This document shows, piece after piece, positions 1 to 11,329 of a stretch of DNA of 64,000 bases; position 1 is the stretch's first letter; each line of letters starts with the position of its first letter. This DNA comes from Hemiscyllium ocellatum (lineage: Eukaryota), in the NCBI RefSeq assembly GCF_020745735.1, contig NC_083401.1:99321740-99385739 (forward strand), written 5' to 3'. The position numbers and the translations under genes are program-made. Under the pieces are notes generated by a model. It was not told the DNA's origin and did no database searches. It saw only the letters and a program-made list of their open reading frames with translations.

Positions 1-100
1 AAGCCCTGGGCCCTGGAGGGAGGTCTCCTGAGTTAATACAGGTATATATACAATGCTCCTGTTCCTCTGTTTGGGAGCTTTGTGCTGAGCATAGCTGTGT
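1..100 (+). mobile_element. 3' UTR fragment of an L1-type LINE
   Basis: Closely similar to 7276-7363 in the 3' region of the L1 at 3636-7556 (gccctggagggag...gtgctgagcatagctgt). Confidence 0.75.
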
Positions 101-101
101 T

Positions 102-210
102 TCATTGGACCCAAAACATTGACTCTGATTTCTCGTAACAGATGTTGCTGAGATTTTGTAAAAATTTCTGTTCTTGTTTCAGATTTCGGGTATCCACAAT
201 TCTCTCGGTC
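102..210 (+). mobile_element. Degenerate Penelope-like 3' terminal remnant starting inside an HHR (possible third family)
   Basis: ggaccc-aaaacattg resembles stem II 3' strand + GAAACGTT; followed by cagatgttgctg...tttcagatttc..tatccaca, a PLE-like tail. Confidence 0.4.
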
Positions 211-817
211 TTCTGTTTAATGCAAAATGGGTGTTACCAGGTAGAAATTTAATCTTTGAAATGTTCGTTCATTGGATCTGAGCATTACTGGCAAAGCCAG
301 CATTTATTGCTCTCCCTAATTGCCTTGGAAAAGGTGGTGGGAAGCTGCCTCTATAAAACGCTGCAGTCATGAGGGTGTAGGGACACCCAGAGTGCTGTCA
401 GGGAGTGAGTTCCAGGATTTTGATCCAGTGAAACTGAAGGAAGAGTGATATATTTCCAAGTCAGGATGATGAGCAACTTAGAGAGGAACTTGCGAGTGGG
501 TTTTTCCCATATATCTCCTGGCTTTGTTCTTCTATACAGAAGTGGCCATAGGTTTAGTGATTTATGTAAATATTGAGTAAGATGATTTGGTTAATTTATA
601 CAGAGCATTTTGTAGACGGTACACACTTCTGCTACAGTACTCTGTGGTGAAGGGATTGAATGCTTGTGGTTGTGGTGACAATCAAGTAGACTGCTTTGTC
701 CTGGATGGTGCCAAGGTTCTTGGGCGTTGTTGGAGCAGTGCTCATCAAAACCCCTAGTTTCTGACCTGCTGTTGTAGTCATTGTATTTATTAGGATGATC
801 CACTTAAGGATTTTAAA

Positions 818-1158
818 ATTAATTCACTGAGTACATCACTGGCAAGGTCAGCATTTTCTGTCCAGAGGGCAATGAATAGGGAACCACATTGCTGTGGATC
901 TGGAGTAATATGTGGTCCAGGCCAGGTAAGGGTGGCAGTTTCCTTCCCCAAAAAGTGGTAGTGAACCAGAGTGGGTTTTTCCAACAATCAGCAATGGTTT
1001 CATGGTCATCATTAGACTCTTAATTCTAGATTTATTTTATTATTAAATTTAAATTCCATCATCTGCTATAGTGTGATTTGAACCTGATTCAGCAGACCAT
1101 TTCCTGGGTCCCTGGATTAACAGCCTAGTGATAAGGCCTCTAGACCATCACCTCCCCA
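818..1158 (-). mobile_element. tRNA-headed SINE sharing its 3' tail with the CR1/L2-type LINE
   Basis: Minus strand starts ggggaggtgatggtctagagg with B-box-like ggttcaaatc; body recurs at 17180-17380, 45670-45970 and 51440-51830. Confidence 0.7.
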
Positions 1159-1487
1159 ATGCTCTGCTCTCTTATCTCCACAATGTTGTTAATGGGGGAT
1201 TCAGCAATGGTAATGCCATTAAATGCCAAGGAGGTGTGGTTAGCTTCCATGTTGTTGCAAATGGGGATTGCCTGGTATGAATATTACTCTTGCTTATCAT
1301 CCCAAGCCTGGATATTGCCCAGGTCTTGGTGTACATGGGCACAAATTGTTTCAATATCTAAGAATTCATTAATGATGCTGAACATTGTGCAATCATCAGC
1401 GAGCATCCCCACTTCTGACTTTATGATGGAGGGAAAGTTATTGATCAAACAGCTGAAAATTATTGAGTCTAAGACACTATCCTGAGG

Positions 1488-1594
1488 GACATTGGACTCT
1501 GGTACTGCAGTAGCAGTAATCCTACCTCAGAGCCAGGAGGCCTGGGTTCAAGTCCCATCTGTTTCAGAGATGTGTAATGCATAAGAAAATATTG
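1488..1594 (+). mobile_element. Short tRNA-derived SINE
   Basis: B box gggttcaagtcc; flanked by 9-bp direct repeat atcctgagg (1479-1487, 1595-1603); related copy near 54575-54650. Confidence 0.6.
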
Positions 1595-2236
1595 ATCCTG
1601 AGGAACTGTCAAAGGCAGTTACTCCCACCTCATCTTTGGAGTTCAGCTCTTTTGTCCAAGTTCAGACCAACACTGCATTGAGATCAGGTGCCAAATGGCC
1701 TTTGTGGAAGCCACACACTATCAGTGAATTGTATACCCTTCTCCGAGCTTTTCTGCAAACTGATATTGTTCTCTATTATCTTCTGAGGCTGTCCCCTCTC
1801 CTCCACAGCCCAAAATGGCAGCCTTACCAGACCAACCAGCTTGACAGTTGAATTGAACACAAATAAATTCCAGCAGCAAACATTTCTCTTCAAGTTCAAA
1901 ATTAAATTTTCGAAAACAGAAACAAGCTAAGAAAAACAGAGAATTGGGGCTTTTGAGCCTTATAACAAGTATGATATAGTTAAAATTATTCTCAGCTGAT
2001 GAGCTTATAAAGTACAAAGGCAAAACTAAGACTTTGTTGCAGACACCATTCACCCGGTTTGTTCCAGTAAGCAGTATCACAAGCACTTCTCCTGGATGAT
2101 TCATACTTGGCACCCACATTAATCCTGCAAGTCTGTTCAAGACAGACATGATTTGGAGGTGCAGGTGTTGGACTGTGGTGTACAAAGTTAAAAATCACAC
2201 AACACCAGGTTATAGTCCAACAGGTTTATTTGGAAT

Positions 2237-2271
2237 CACTAACTTTCAGAGCATTGCTCCTTCATCAGGTG
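2237..2271 (-). ncRNA. Minimal type I hammerhead ribozyme motif (family B)
   Basis: Minus strand: cac-CUGAUGA-a-GGAGC-aau-GCUCU-GAAA-GUUA-gug. Confidence 0.65.
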
Positions 2272-2597
2272 GTTTTGGAGTATAAGGTCGTTCGACACAG
2301 AATTTATAGCAAACGTTTATAGTGTGATGCAACTGCAAATATATATTGAAAAAGACATGGATTGTTTGTTAAGGCTCTCATCTTTTAGAATGACCATGTT
2401 GGTTTCAGTTTCTTCATACGTAAATCCCAGAACCCTCTCCAAAATTACATTCTCGAAAGGTGCCATGTCAGCTCAGAAACCAAAATGGTCATTTTAAAAG
2501 ATGAGAGACTTAACAAATAATCCAGGTCTTTTTCAATTGTTTCACCACGTAAACTTCTGCTATAAATTCTGTGTCTTATGACCATATACTCCACAAC

Positions 2598-2632
2598 CAT
2601 CTGATGAAGGAGCAGTGCTCTGAAAGCTAGTG
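2598..2632 (+). ncRNA. Minimal type I hammerhead ribozyme motif (family B)
   Basis: cau-CUGAUGA-a-GGAGC-agu-GCUCU-GAAA-GCUA-gug; palindromic AGCU stem III; CUA cleavage triplet. Confidence 0.72.
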
Positions 2633-3265
2633 TTTCCAAAAGAACCCGTTGGACTATAAACTAGACAGACACTCAGTGTTAATGTTATTTCTACAGAAAA
2701 TGGAATTTACCAAGGTGAGCTGTCCCTGGGTCCATGCTGATCTTTGTATGGAGGATTTCTCTCCTTCTGTGATGACAGTGAATAGATGTGGTCTGGAGCC
2801 ATATGATTGTGACAATGGCCTATTCCATTTCTTATTAGAATACATGATGGTGGTTAAGGTTAGGTTTAGCCTGGTTTTTGTGCTGACATGACATCCAGTC
2901 CTTTTCAACAGTTTCAGTCCCAATGGGTGGCAGTGTGATTGTAATTCAATTTGAATGGTATATAAACTGGTTGAAAGTCTGTATTGTTGGAGTGGTGTGC
3001 TATCACCACTGCAAATAAAGAATGTCTCAAGTGTTGATCTGAAGACTCGGTGTTGTGTGTTTATTTCGATTACTCCACCACATAGATTGATCAATAGCCT
3101 CAATGGCAATCCAGTCACAAACCTCAGAGTAATAGATGGCTGAAAGCTCCTTCCGTTTATCACATGAACTACTAGGCAGATATACCATGTTGCTAGTCAA
3201 ATACTGGAGCTGACTCATGTTAAAAAAAGTTCAACATCAAATGTGCTTCTAAATTTGAACATATT

Positions 3266-3472
3266 TGTAGTGATTGGGAACAGATGGATCCCATTGACTA
3301 TTAGTTCTTTGATTGGGGTTGTTAACCTGGACCAATGAGATAAACTAGCGAATATAACCAGGAGATTAGAACCTCCTCAGTTGAGGACTGAAGAGCTGGT
3401 TGGCCACAGTCAGTGTACTAGTAAATAAAGAATGACTTGGTGATGGGATCTAGCCTCTGTGTAGTTACTTCA
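3266..3472 (+). repeat. 5' LTR of Gypsy element
   Basis: Shares cattgacta..ttaacctggaccaat..agcct..ttca with 9514-9694. Confidence 0.75.
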
Positions 3473-3635
3473 GTGGTGATGGAAGAAAATAGGATGTGCC
3501 TGGAGGACATTCACTTGCAACTGTGACCTTGAAGATAGAGTAAGCATTTCTAGCAGTATATCTTTATTTGGGAAGCTTGACTTATTTGACCCTGCTGTTG
3601 AAGACAGGGTCCAGTAAAGAATGTGAAAGCAACAA

Positions 3636-6600
3636 GGGGATGAGGTGAGATGGTGGTGATTCTGTAGAACTGCTGTGGACAGCTCTTTTTAACAACCAGG
3701 GCATGCTGGTGTTTTTTTTTTGCCATCCCTGGCTAATTTGTGGTGGAATTATTAGTTTAAAACCTTACAGAACACTTGTTAATACTTGGGAGTGGGAAGG
3801 ATGCCAAAGGGAAAGGCAGTGAGCAACCAGCAGCAGGGAGGACACTCCCCTGCAGCACCTACCACACCAGAAACTGCAGCAGCAGCCTCTCCTGAACCCT
3901 TGGGGACCTGACAGACTCCCTCTGCCACTGGCTGTGGTGATGGAGAAACTTGCCTTGAAAGTTGGGGCTGTGATTGGGGAGATTTGTGCCCAGGTCCAGC
4001 CTATTGTGTCCATCCTGCAAAAGCATGAGTGGGAGATTCAGGGTCTCTGGGAGCAGCTGGAGGGTCAAACTAAGGCTTCAGAAGCTGCGATGGAATCATT
4101 ATCCAGTCAGATCCAAGTGCAGGAGTGAGGTGTGGGCCTTGCAAGACAATATCTATTACCTCAAATCTAGGTCAGAGGATAAATCTCTGAATTATCAGGC
4201 TCCTGGAAGGTAAGCAGCCAGTCAGCTTCTTTGAAAGCTTGCTGCTGAAGATTTTGTGGCTTCACATTGAGTTCAGTGGGCTGCAGATTGAAAGGGCTTA
4301 TTGGGTTACTGTGCACAGGGAAGGTGTAGTGCCCCCACCTGGTCCTAGTGCACTCCACTCCCAAAAGGACAAGCCAAAAGTGATAGCCTCTCAATTACTG
4401 GGAAATGATCTGCAGGCACTTTTGTAAAAGGGGTCAAAAATCATGTTTTTCCAGAATTTCTCAGCAGCTTTAATTTGAAAGAGGAAGTCCTTTGAAGTTA
4501 GAGGCTGAGGAACCTGGGCATCCAGTACTCCATGAGATATCCTGCAGTGCAGTATTTCAACCACCAGGACTCTGTTTATACATTCCACTCAGTGGAGAAA
4601 GCTAAACTTTGTAGACACTTTAAAATAGATGGAGTGGCCTAAAGAATACAGTTAATGTTTATTCTCTTTTCCTTCCCTTTTTTTTTATTATTCCTTTTGT
4701 TCTCCTTAATTCCTTTTGGAAAAGGGAAAAAAAACTTGGAATATGTTCTTTCTTAAACTTGATTTCCTTACACATGATAAAAACATTTTTGGAATTTTTG
4801 CTCTGAATTGTATTGGTCTAAAGGTTACGAGGATGGGAGGGCTAAAATGGAGACTCTTTAGAACCTGGACCTCCAGGGGTAACCTTGGAACAGGCCCCTC
4901 TCCTAAATGCCCCCTTGACAGTTCAGGAAATACAGGAGGCAGCTAGGCAACTTCAGAATGGGGAAAGCACCCGGCCCTGATGGTCTCCCGGGTGAGGTTT
5001 ATAGGGATTCTGTCAAGGCCGATGTTGGAGATGCACAATCGCTCTGATAGGCATTCATGCCTATTGCCATCTTTGAGAGAAGCTAATATTTTCTTAATTC
5101 TTAAGGGGAAGGTTCCTGAGGATTGTGCCTCATACAGGCCCATCTCCTCTATTAAATTCAGATTTCAAGATTCTGTCAAACCCTGGCACTGATTAGAAAC
5201 GGTGTTGCCCCACATTGTTAAAGAGGACCAGACAGGCTTTTTAAGGGGCCGTAGGTCCTCTAATATTAGATGGTTGCTGAATGTGGTCCAAGTTGGTCAG
5301 CAATGATCGATTCAGGGCTTGGTGCATTCCTCAAATGCAGAGAAAGCAGTTGACTGGGTGGAATGGTTGTATCTATGTCTTAGAAAAGTTGGGGTTTTTG
5401 CTAGGTGGGTGAAGGTTTTATATTGCCACCCTCTGGCCATGGTCATCACCAACAGGGTGACGTCTGGGAATTTTAGGATTGGAAGGGATAGTCGGTAAGG
5501 CTGCCCCCTCACTGTTTGCATTGGTGATAGAGCCGCTGGCAGAGGCCACTCTTCAGAATGTCCACAACTGCTCTGGAAGTGGGATCAGGGGGACACAAGC
5601 ATGCACTGTATGCAGATTATGTCCTTCTGTTTTTATCGAACCCAATGACCTCCATACCACATTGTATCAAATGTCTCAGTTCATTTGGGGCTATTTCAGG
5701 ATATAAGATAAACTTTGCAAAATTGGAGGCTATGCCTTTGGGGAGCCTTAGGGCCATCTTCAACTTCTGGCATATCCTTAAGTTCCCTTTAAGTGGTCAC
5801 AGGCAGGGTTCCAGTACCTCGGCATTTTTATTACCCCCAGTTTGAGCTGCTATTTCAGACTAACTTTGCACACTTGCTTGACAATGTTAGGTGAGATCTC
5901 CAGAGATGGGAGGCTCTTCCAACTTCATGGCTGGGCTGAATATCTCTCGTTAAGATGAATGTTCTTCCTCATTTGCTTTATCCCATGTGTATGCTCACTA
6001 TAATGTTTCCTAGGTCAATGCTGCAAAAGCTTATGGGATGGCTTGGTTCCTTTGTCTGGCATCGTGGGTGGTCCCTCATCAAACTTACCAAGTTGCAGTT
6101 GCCTCAAGGAGGGGGTGAAGTTGCTTTCCCAGACATCAGGAGGTATCAGTTTAGCTCCCTGCTGTCCTTTGTCTGCGATTGAATAGGTAATGATCCAAAC
6201 TCTCTGGCTGGATATAAAGGCCTTCCAGGCAAAGTGCCCTCTTAACTCCTCATGGAGAAAATGAGGACAGTTATGGACCACTGCTGGAACCCCATTGTCA
6301 TTAGTACAGTCAGGGCTTGGAGGGCGATGTCAGTGAGGGTTGTTTATCCAAGACTTCACCACTTGCACCTATAGTTGGCATGCCAGGGTTCCAACCAAGG
6401 ATGATGGACTCAGGGTTCAAACGATGGGCAGCAAGAGGATTTCTAGTTTGGGAGACTTGTTTGAGAGGGAAGTTAGATGTCTTTTAAGCAACTGAGCCAC
6501 AAATACGGGTTGCCCAGCGGAGATCTTTTCTGTTTTATTTTCCAGTTTTCTGGAAGAAATTCCTAGGCTTCTCTCTAAGCCCTATAAGCCTGATACAGGG

Positions 6601-7556
6601 AGGTTATGTTCCACAAGCACTGTTTTGGTTAGTGTCCTCTATCACCTCCTGGGTGGCAGGGCCTGACAGGATATTAATCAGTTATGAGCAAGAGCTAGGA
6701 GTGGAGATTTCTTCTGAAACATGGGAGAATAATCAAAAGATCTCCACCTGCAATAGGACATGCACTACGCATTTAAGTTCTGCACAGGGTTCATCTGGCA
6801 CCAGACCATCTGGTGACATTTTTAAAATGTGGCATCTTCAGTGTCCCAAATGTAAAGTAAGTGTAGGTGCTCTTACCCATTGCTTCTGGACATGCCACAG
6901 AATCTGTTTATTGGAGCACAGTGGTGGGAGAAATAGGGAGGGTATTGAGGACTGAAGTCAAATTAGACCTGATATCTCCTCTTAGGTCTACCCAATTTAC
7001 CATCTTTAGATGGGCATAGGAAGAAACAATTTAATATTCTTGTATACTGTGCATGGAAGAATATTCTGATGAACTGGGTGGTCTGAGAACCTGCTGGGCT
7101 GGTAGAAATTATGAAGCACATTCCATTGACTGACTCTTTTACAAACCTGGCACACCACACAACAGAACATCTTTATAAGACATGGCAGCCCTACTTGAGC
7201 TATTTGGATATAGATTTCAGTTATCTTAACTAGGATGTTTGTTTAACCAGGATGGTTAGGTTTGTCGAGCCTTGTGCCCTGGAGGGAGTCTCCTGAGTTA
7301 ATCTGGGTACATATACAATGCTCCCATTCCTTTGTTTGGGAGTTTTGTGCTGAGCATAGCTGTTCTGTATTTGTTTTTTCTTTTTTTTGTTTTGATCTAT
7401 TAGTTATTTACTTGGTGTTGCTTTCAACAGTTCGGGTTTTTGTATTATAGTGTAGTTAGTAGACTGTAGTTGTGTTGTAATTTTTATTATACTGATATTA
7501 TTGCATTTTTCAAAGTTTGTAAAGTTAAAAAAAATTGTTAATAAACACTTACCAAA
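3636..7556 (+). mobile_element. L1-clade LINE with both ends present, degraded, endonuclease region missing
   Basis: GGGG start; coiled-coil/RRM-like ORF1 relics (3934-4630, LQIERAY); RT motifs KAPGPDG, YRPIS, DAEKA, LFALVIEPLA, LYADYVLL, SGYKIN; C-terminal CPKC..THCFWTC; AATAAA at 7540; 10-bp TSD aaagcaacaa (3626-3635, 7557-7566). Confidence 0.9.
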
Positions 7557-9513
7557 AAAGCAACAAAAAGTTCTTCTGACTGCATGTGGACCTGCAGTAT
7601 TTCTAAGGGGCTAAACTTTCCTGGACACCAGACACTAACTCATTCCAAGAGTTGAGTTGGTTAAGGAATATTATGACTCCAAACCTCCTATAAAACTGAG
7701 TGATTCAGGATTATTCACTGTTGGAGAGTTGAGGGAATCTGTATTGAAACTTTGAGGTTATAATGAATGGCAGAGGCATATGATTTTGGGTGAACTTTGA
7801 ATGAGATGCTGAGACTTTGTTTGTTTGGTAATTGGGATTAATGATGTAATCATGCAGAAGCCCCTACTAGCTGAAGGCCAACTGGACTTCAAACAGGCAC
7901 TACAGCAGGCCTTGTTAGAAAATATGGCAAGTGGAGCATGGGGACTACAGCACATCCCAATGGAAAGGACACCATCACCTGCCCAACTGTGCTTGGGAGC
8001 ACCATTTGAGTGTAGGCAATCTTGGGGCTTTGTGCAAAGCATGTCCTGAGCAGAGGGACTCTGGGTCAATCTACAGCAGAACCCCCACAACCAAGCTGAG
8101 CCTCGGCCAAGTGACTAAATGGTTTTTCAGGATCTGGAGTTGCTGTCAGTATGTGGACTTGAGCCAGCAAAGCAATCCTACAAAACCTGACTAGGTAAAC
8201 TCTTAAGCCAGTAACCAGGAGAGTGCACACCTTGGAAAGTTCCCTGAATGAGGGTTGGAAAATGAATTGCTTAGAGACACCCAAATCAGAGCCAATTAAA
8301 ATCATGATTTGGTTAAATGGTCACCCAGTTTCCAAGAGGTCAATACCAATGTAACTGTTTGTAGAATCTCTTCTTAAAGATTGGAATTCTGAGCGAATCT
8401 TGTTGAGTTTCAGTGAGGTCTGTCAGACTGAGAACATACACTGGGGGACTGTTGCACATTAAGGGTCCAATTTCAGTTCCAGTCTCCTGTGAGAAGCAGT
8501 TGGTGCAGTTACTACTGCTGGTAGTAAAAGGCTTGGGCCCCTGTCTGCTGGAATGGTATTGGTAGGGAAAGATTCACTTTTGTCTCAATGTTTTTGATTG
8601 GAAAGTGGCTGCCTCAGTGAAGCCCTAATGAAATATCAAGAAGAGCTTGGGATTATCAAAGGGGCCAAAGCCACTTTACACGTTGACCAGGACACAATTC
8701 CAAGATTTTGTATGGCCTGCCTGGTGTCAATGCCTCATGGGCAGAAGTAGGGGTAGAAATCAGGAGGCTGGAGAGGGAAGGGATAATCAAGCCAGTGCAG
8801 TTTGTGAAATTGGCAGCACTGCTTGTATCAAATGTGAAACCTGACAGCTCAGTTCACCTTTGTGGTGATTTTAAGCAAACTGTAAATCATTTCTCTCACT
8901 CTGATAAATACCTGAGTCTTCACATAGAGGACTTGTGCGTTTGGTAGTGGGGGAAACTGTTACAAAACTGGACATGAGCCACATCCACCTGCAATTATGA
9001 CTGGATGAGGAATCCCAGAAGTATGTAACAATTAATATCTATTAGGGCTTATATTAATATACAAGACTGGCATTTGGGGCATCATCAGCCTGTACTATCT
9101 TCCAGCAGCCCATGAGAACATTTTACAAGGACTGTCAGGTTGCCATGTATCTCAATGATGTACAAAGAACAGAGAAGACCAATAAAGAGCACTTGGGGCA
9201 TTTGGATATAGTGCTTAAATGTGGATATAGTTGGCATAAGCTTTAGACCTGTTTGGGTTACAGAGTTGACAAAACTGGGTTACATCCATTGGATCAAAGG
9301 AGCCCCAGCTCCCACATCTGTACCGGAGCCTAGGAAAATTTGATTATATAACCTGGCCTCCATTTTCACACTGAGATGGGCCACGGTCAAGACCAGGAAC
9401 TGGGACCTGAAGCAAAAACATCACAACAGAAGATGCAAGGGACAGCCAGGTCTATGTTCCTGGATTTTGGGGGTGGGAGGGTTGGAGGGGGTGGGGCAGG
9501 TGTAGGGGAGGGA

Positions 9514-9694
9514 TGTTGTCATTGGCATTAGGTGGAACTCATTGACTACAAAGTTCTTATTGGAGATATTAACCTGGACCAATCAGGAAAGCTGACCAAT
9601 AAAATTAAGAACTGTGGCAGTGACTGGCCAGCTCAGACCAATGTACTGTGCACTAGTGAAAAGGGGGTGACCCAGCCTTTTTGCAGTCATTTCA
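9514..9694 (+). repeat. 3' LTR of Gypsy element
   Basis: Follows a gggagggA purine tract; TG..CA ends; similar to the 5' LTR. Confidence 0.7.
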
Positions 9695-9733
9695 ATGTTA
9701 TTAACTGGTGTACTCATCCATTGCTCTTGCAGA

Positions 9734-9860
9734 TACAGAGGAGCCTCAATTATCCAGCAGTTGATTTTCTAAATGTCAGATTATCTGGCAAGATCACAAG
9801 GTCCCGATGCTTGATTAAACTATGTTATCTGGCATTTGATTATCTGGAATCAAATTAGCC
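9734..9860. mobile_element. Possible Tc1/pogo (Tigger-like) MITE remnant
   Basis: TA-cagaggagcctcaattatcc terminus with repeated gattatctgg subterminal motifs. Confidence 0.35.
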
Positions 9861-11329
9861 AACAAAAATACTCCCCCCTATGTGTCCTTCAGACAGGGTT
9901 CCAAAATACAGAGGAACTTTGACTAAGTGTAACACTGTCCTGATCCAACTATGCAGGCCTCTCTTTTTGGCCTTGTAAAAATTGCACAGCTCTGCTCTGT
10001 GTTCTGATGAATGGTGTTACCATATTTTCAGGTCATAAAATCCAAAATTCCAGTGATTTTTTTTTTAAATTGCATTTTTCAGATGGACAGCAGTTGTTTA
10101 AGAATGCAGCTCACTGCGCCTTCCCAGGAGCAACTATGGGCAAGCAATAAATGCTGGCCAGTCAGCAACTCCCATGTTCCATGCGTGAAGACAAAACAAA
10201 CCTGATATCTTATAATGCAGTAAAATTGTGTCCTTTATCTTTCTTTTTATAACAGTTATTAATAGAAGGAATTGCATATTCAAGCAACTTAAACTCTGTC
10301 TTGAAAGGAACAGTATCAGCAACAACTCAATGTCTTGTTGTTCCATTTTCATATATCTGAGAAGTTTATGCTAGCTTGTAACTTGCAACCAATAGAAAAT
10401 TCAGAGTTGGGGAAAACTCAGATTTTGATCTCTGCACTGCTGTCCTGGAATTCAGGTCAAAAGTCCAATTATTTTGTGAAAACCACACAGTCTCTCCATG
10501 GCAAAACAATTGTATGTAAAATTAGCCACCCTAACTAACACCACTGTGATTATAAATACACCATAAGAACTGCAGCAATTCAACAAGTCAGAACACTATG
10601 ATCCTCTCAAGAACAATAATGAATGTGCAATAAATACTGGCATAGCAAACAATGGCCAATGTCCATGCATGAATAAAGAAATGAAAGCTTACTGAAGTAC
10701 TAGCTTGCACTCTATCCTCCAATTTACCAGTGTTGTTTCTGTTTTCTGGCTCTTATCCGAATGTGTACCTTTGCTGATCAACTGGAAAGGGGTGTCATCA
10801 GAGATCACTATCAAGCATAAGCCCCACTACATCCAATTTCCATCCCCCTACAATGGGTTTTGTGAAAATCCAGAACATTTCAGTCAGATGTGCAGTCGAT
10901 TGAACCCACTACTCCTGAACCAGAAGGCAGTGGATTGAAACATTGCAGTGTGCAATCCCTGAGGCTGTTCAACAGTTTGAGAGAAATGATTATGGCAGCA
11001 ACAAATATTTTTCTGCTGTGGTTGCTACATTTCCACCTTTCAACTTGTCAAGCATGCTTTGCAATATTTCAGAGATTTTGAGTAGCAATGAAATCCATAT
11101 GATGTTATGCCCTTACCTGAGCAAAATGCAAATGTAATTTCAGCAGTTGTTATGACAGGAGTTGAGTGAACCTAATGTATAATTGAACGAATCATTTTGT
11201 CACAACATGCTGCTCTTGTTACAGTTTGCCTAATAATTTAGCAATATGCTCTAGTTCAATTAAAATAACTACTGGTTTTAAACACACAAGGTTGGTCAAA
11301 TTTTAAATATTAAGATGTATAAACTTTTA

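Larger units (their letters stand above)
265..1790 (-). mobile_element. Degraded CR1/L2-type LINE 3' portion, interrupted by two SINEs
   Basis: 3' end motif gccagcatttattg..ccctaattgcc at about 290; homologous to 23335-25170 (-) and 33450-34945 (+); RT-like remnants. Confidence 0.65.
2149..2662. mobile_element. Palindromic (tails-out) Penelope-like terminal-repeat insertion, family B
   Basis: About 2205-2408 and 2476-2662 are inverted copies, each carrying an HHR motif; 9-bp TSD agacagaca (2140-2148, 2663-2671). Confidence 0.75.
1840..3260 (+). pseudogene. Candidate decayed LRR-LRRCT-Ig receptor-like coding relic, split by a PLE insertion
   Basis: Frameshift-joined fragments: QLN*TQ/IPAANISLQVQN*IFENRNKLRKTEN/GAFEP/ITSMI*LKLFS; QALLLDDSYL; QTLSVNVISTENGIYQG; PNGWQCDCN (LRRCT-like); GNPVTNLRVIDG*KLLPFIT* (Ig-like). 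Many stops and frameshifts. Confidence 0.4.
3266..9694 (+). mobile_element. Degraded Ty3/Gypsy LTR retrotransposon, interrupted by an L1
   Basis: TG..CA LTRs at 3266-3472 and 9514-9694; PBS-like tggtga after the 5' LTR; purine tract before the 3' LTR; gag-like LFGKLDLFDPAVED; protease PIKIMIWLNGHPV; RT RLEREGIIKPV..LCGDFKQTVN and YLND; flanks atatt/atgtt. Confidence 0.85.
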
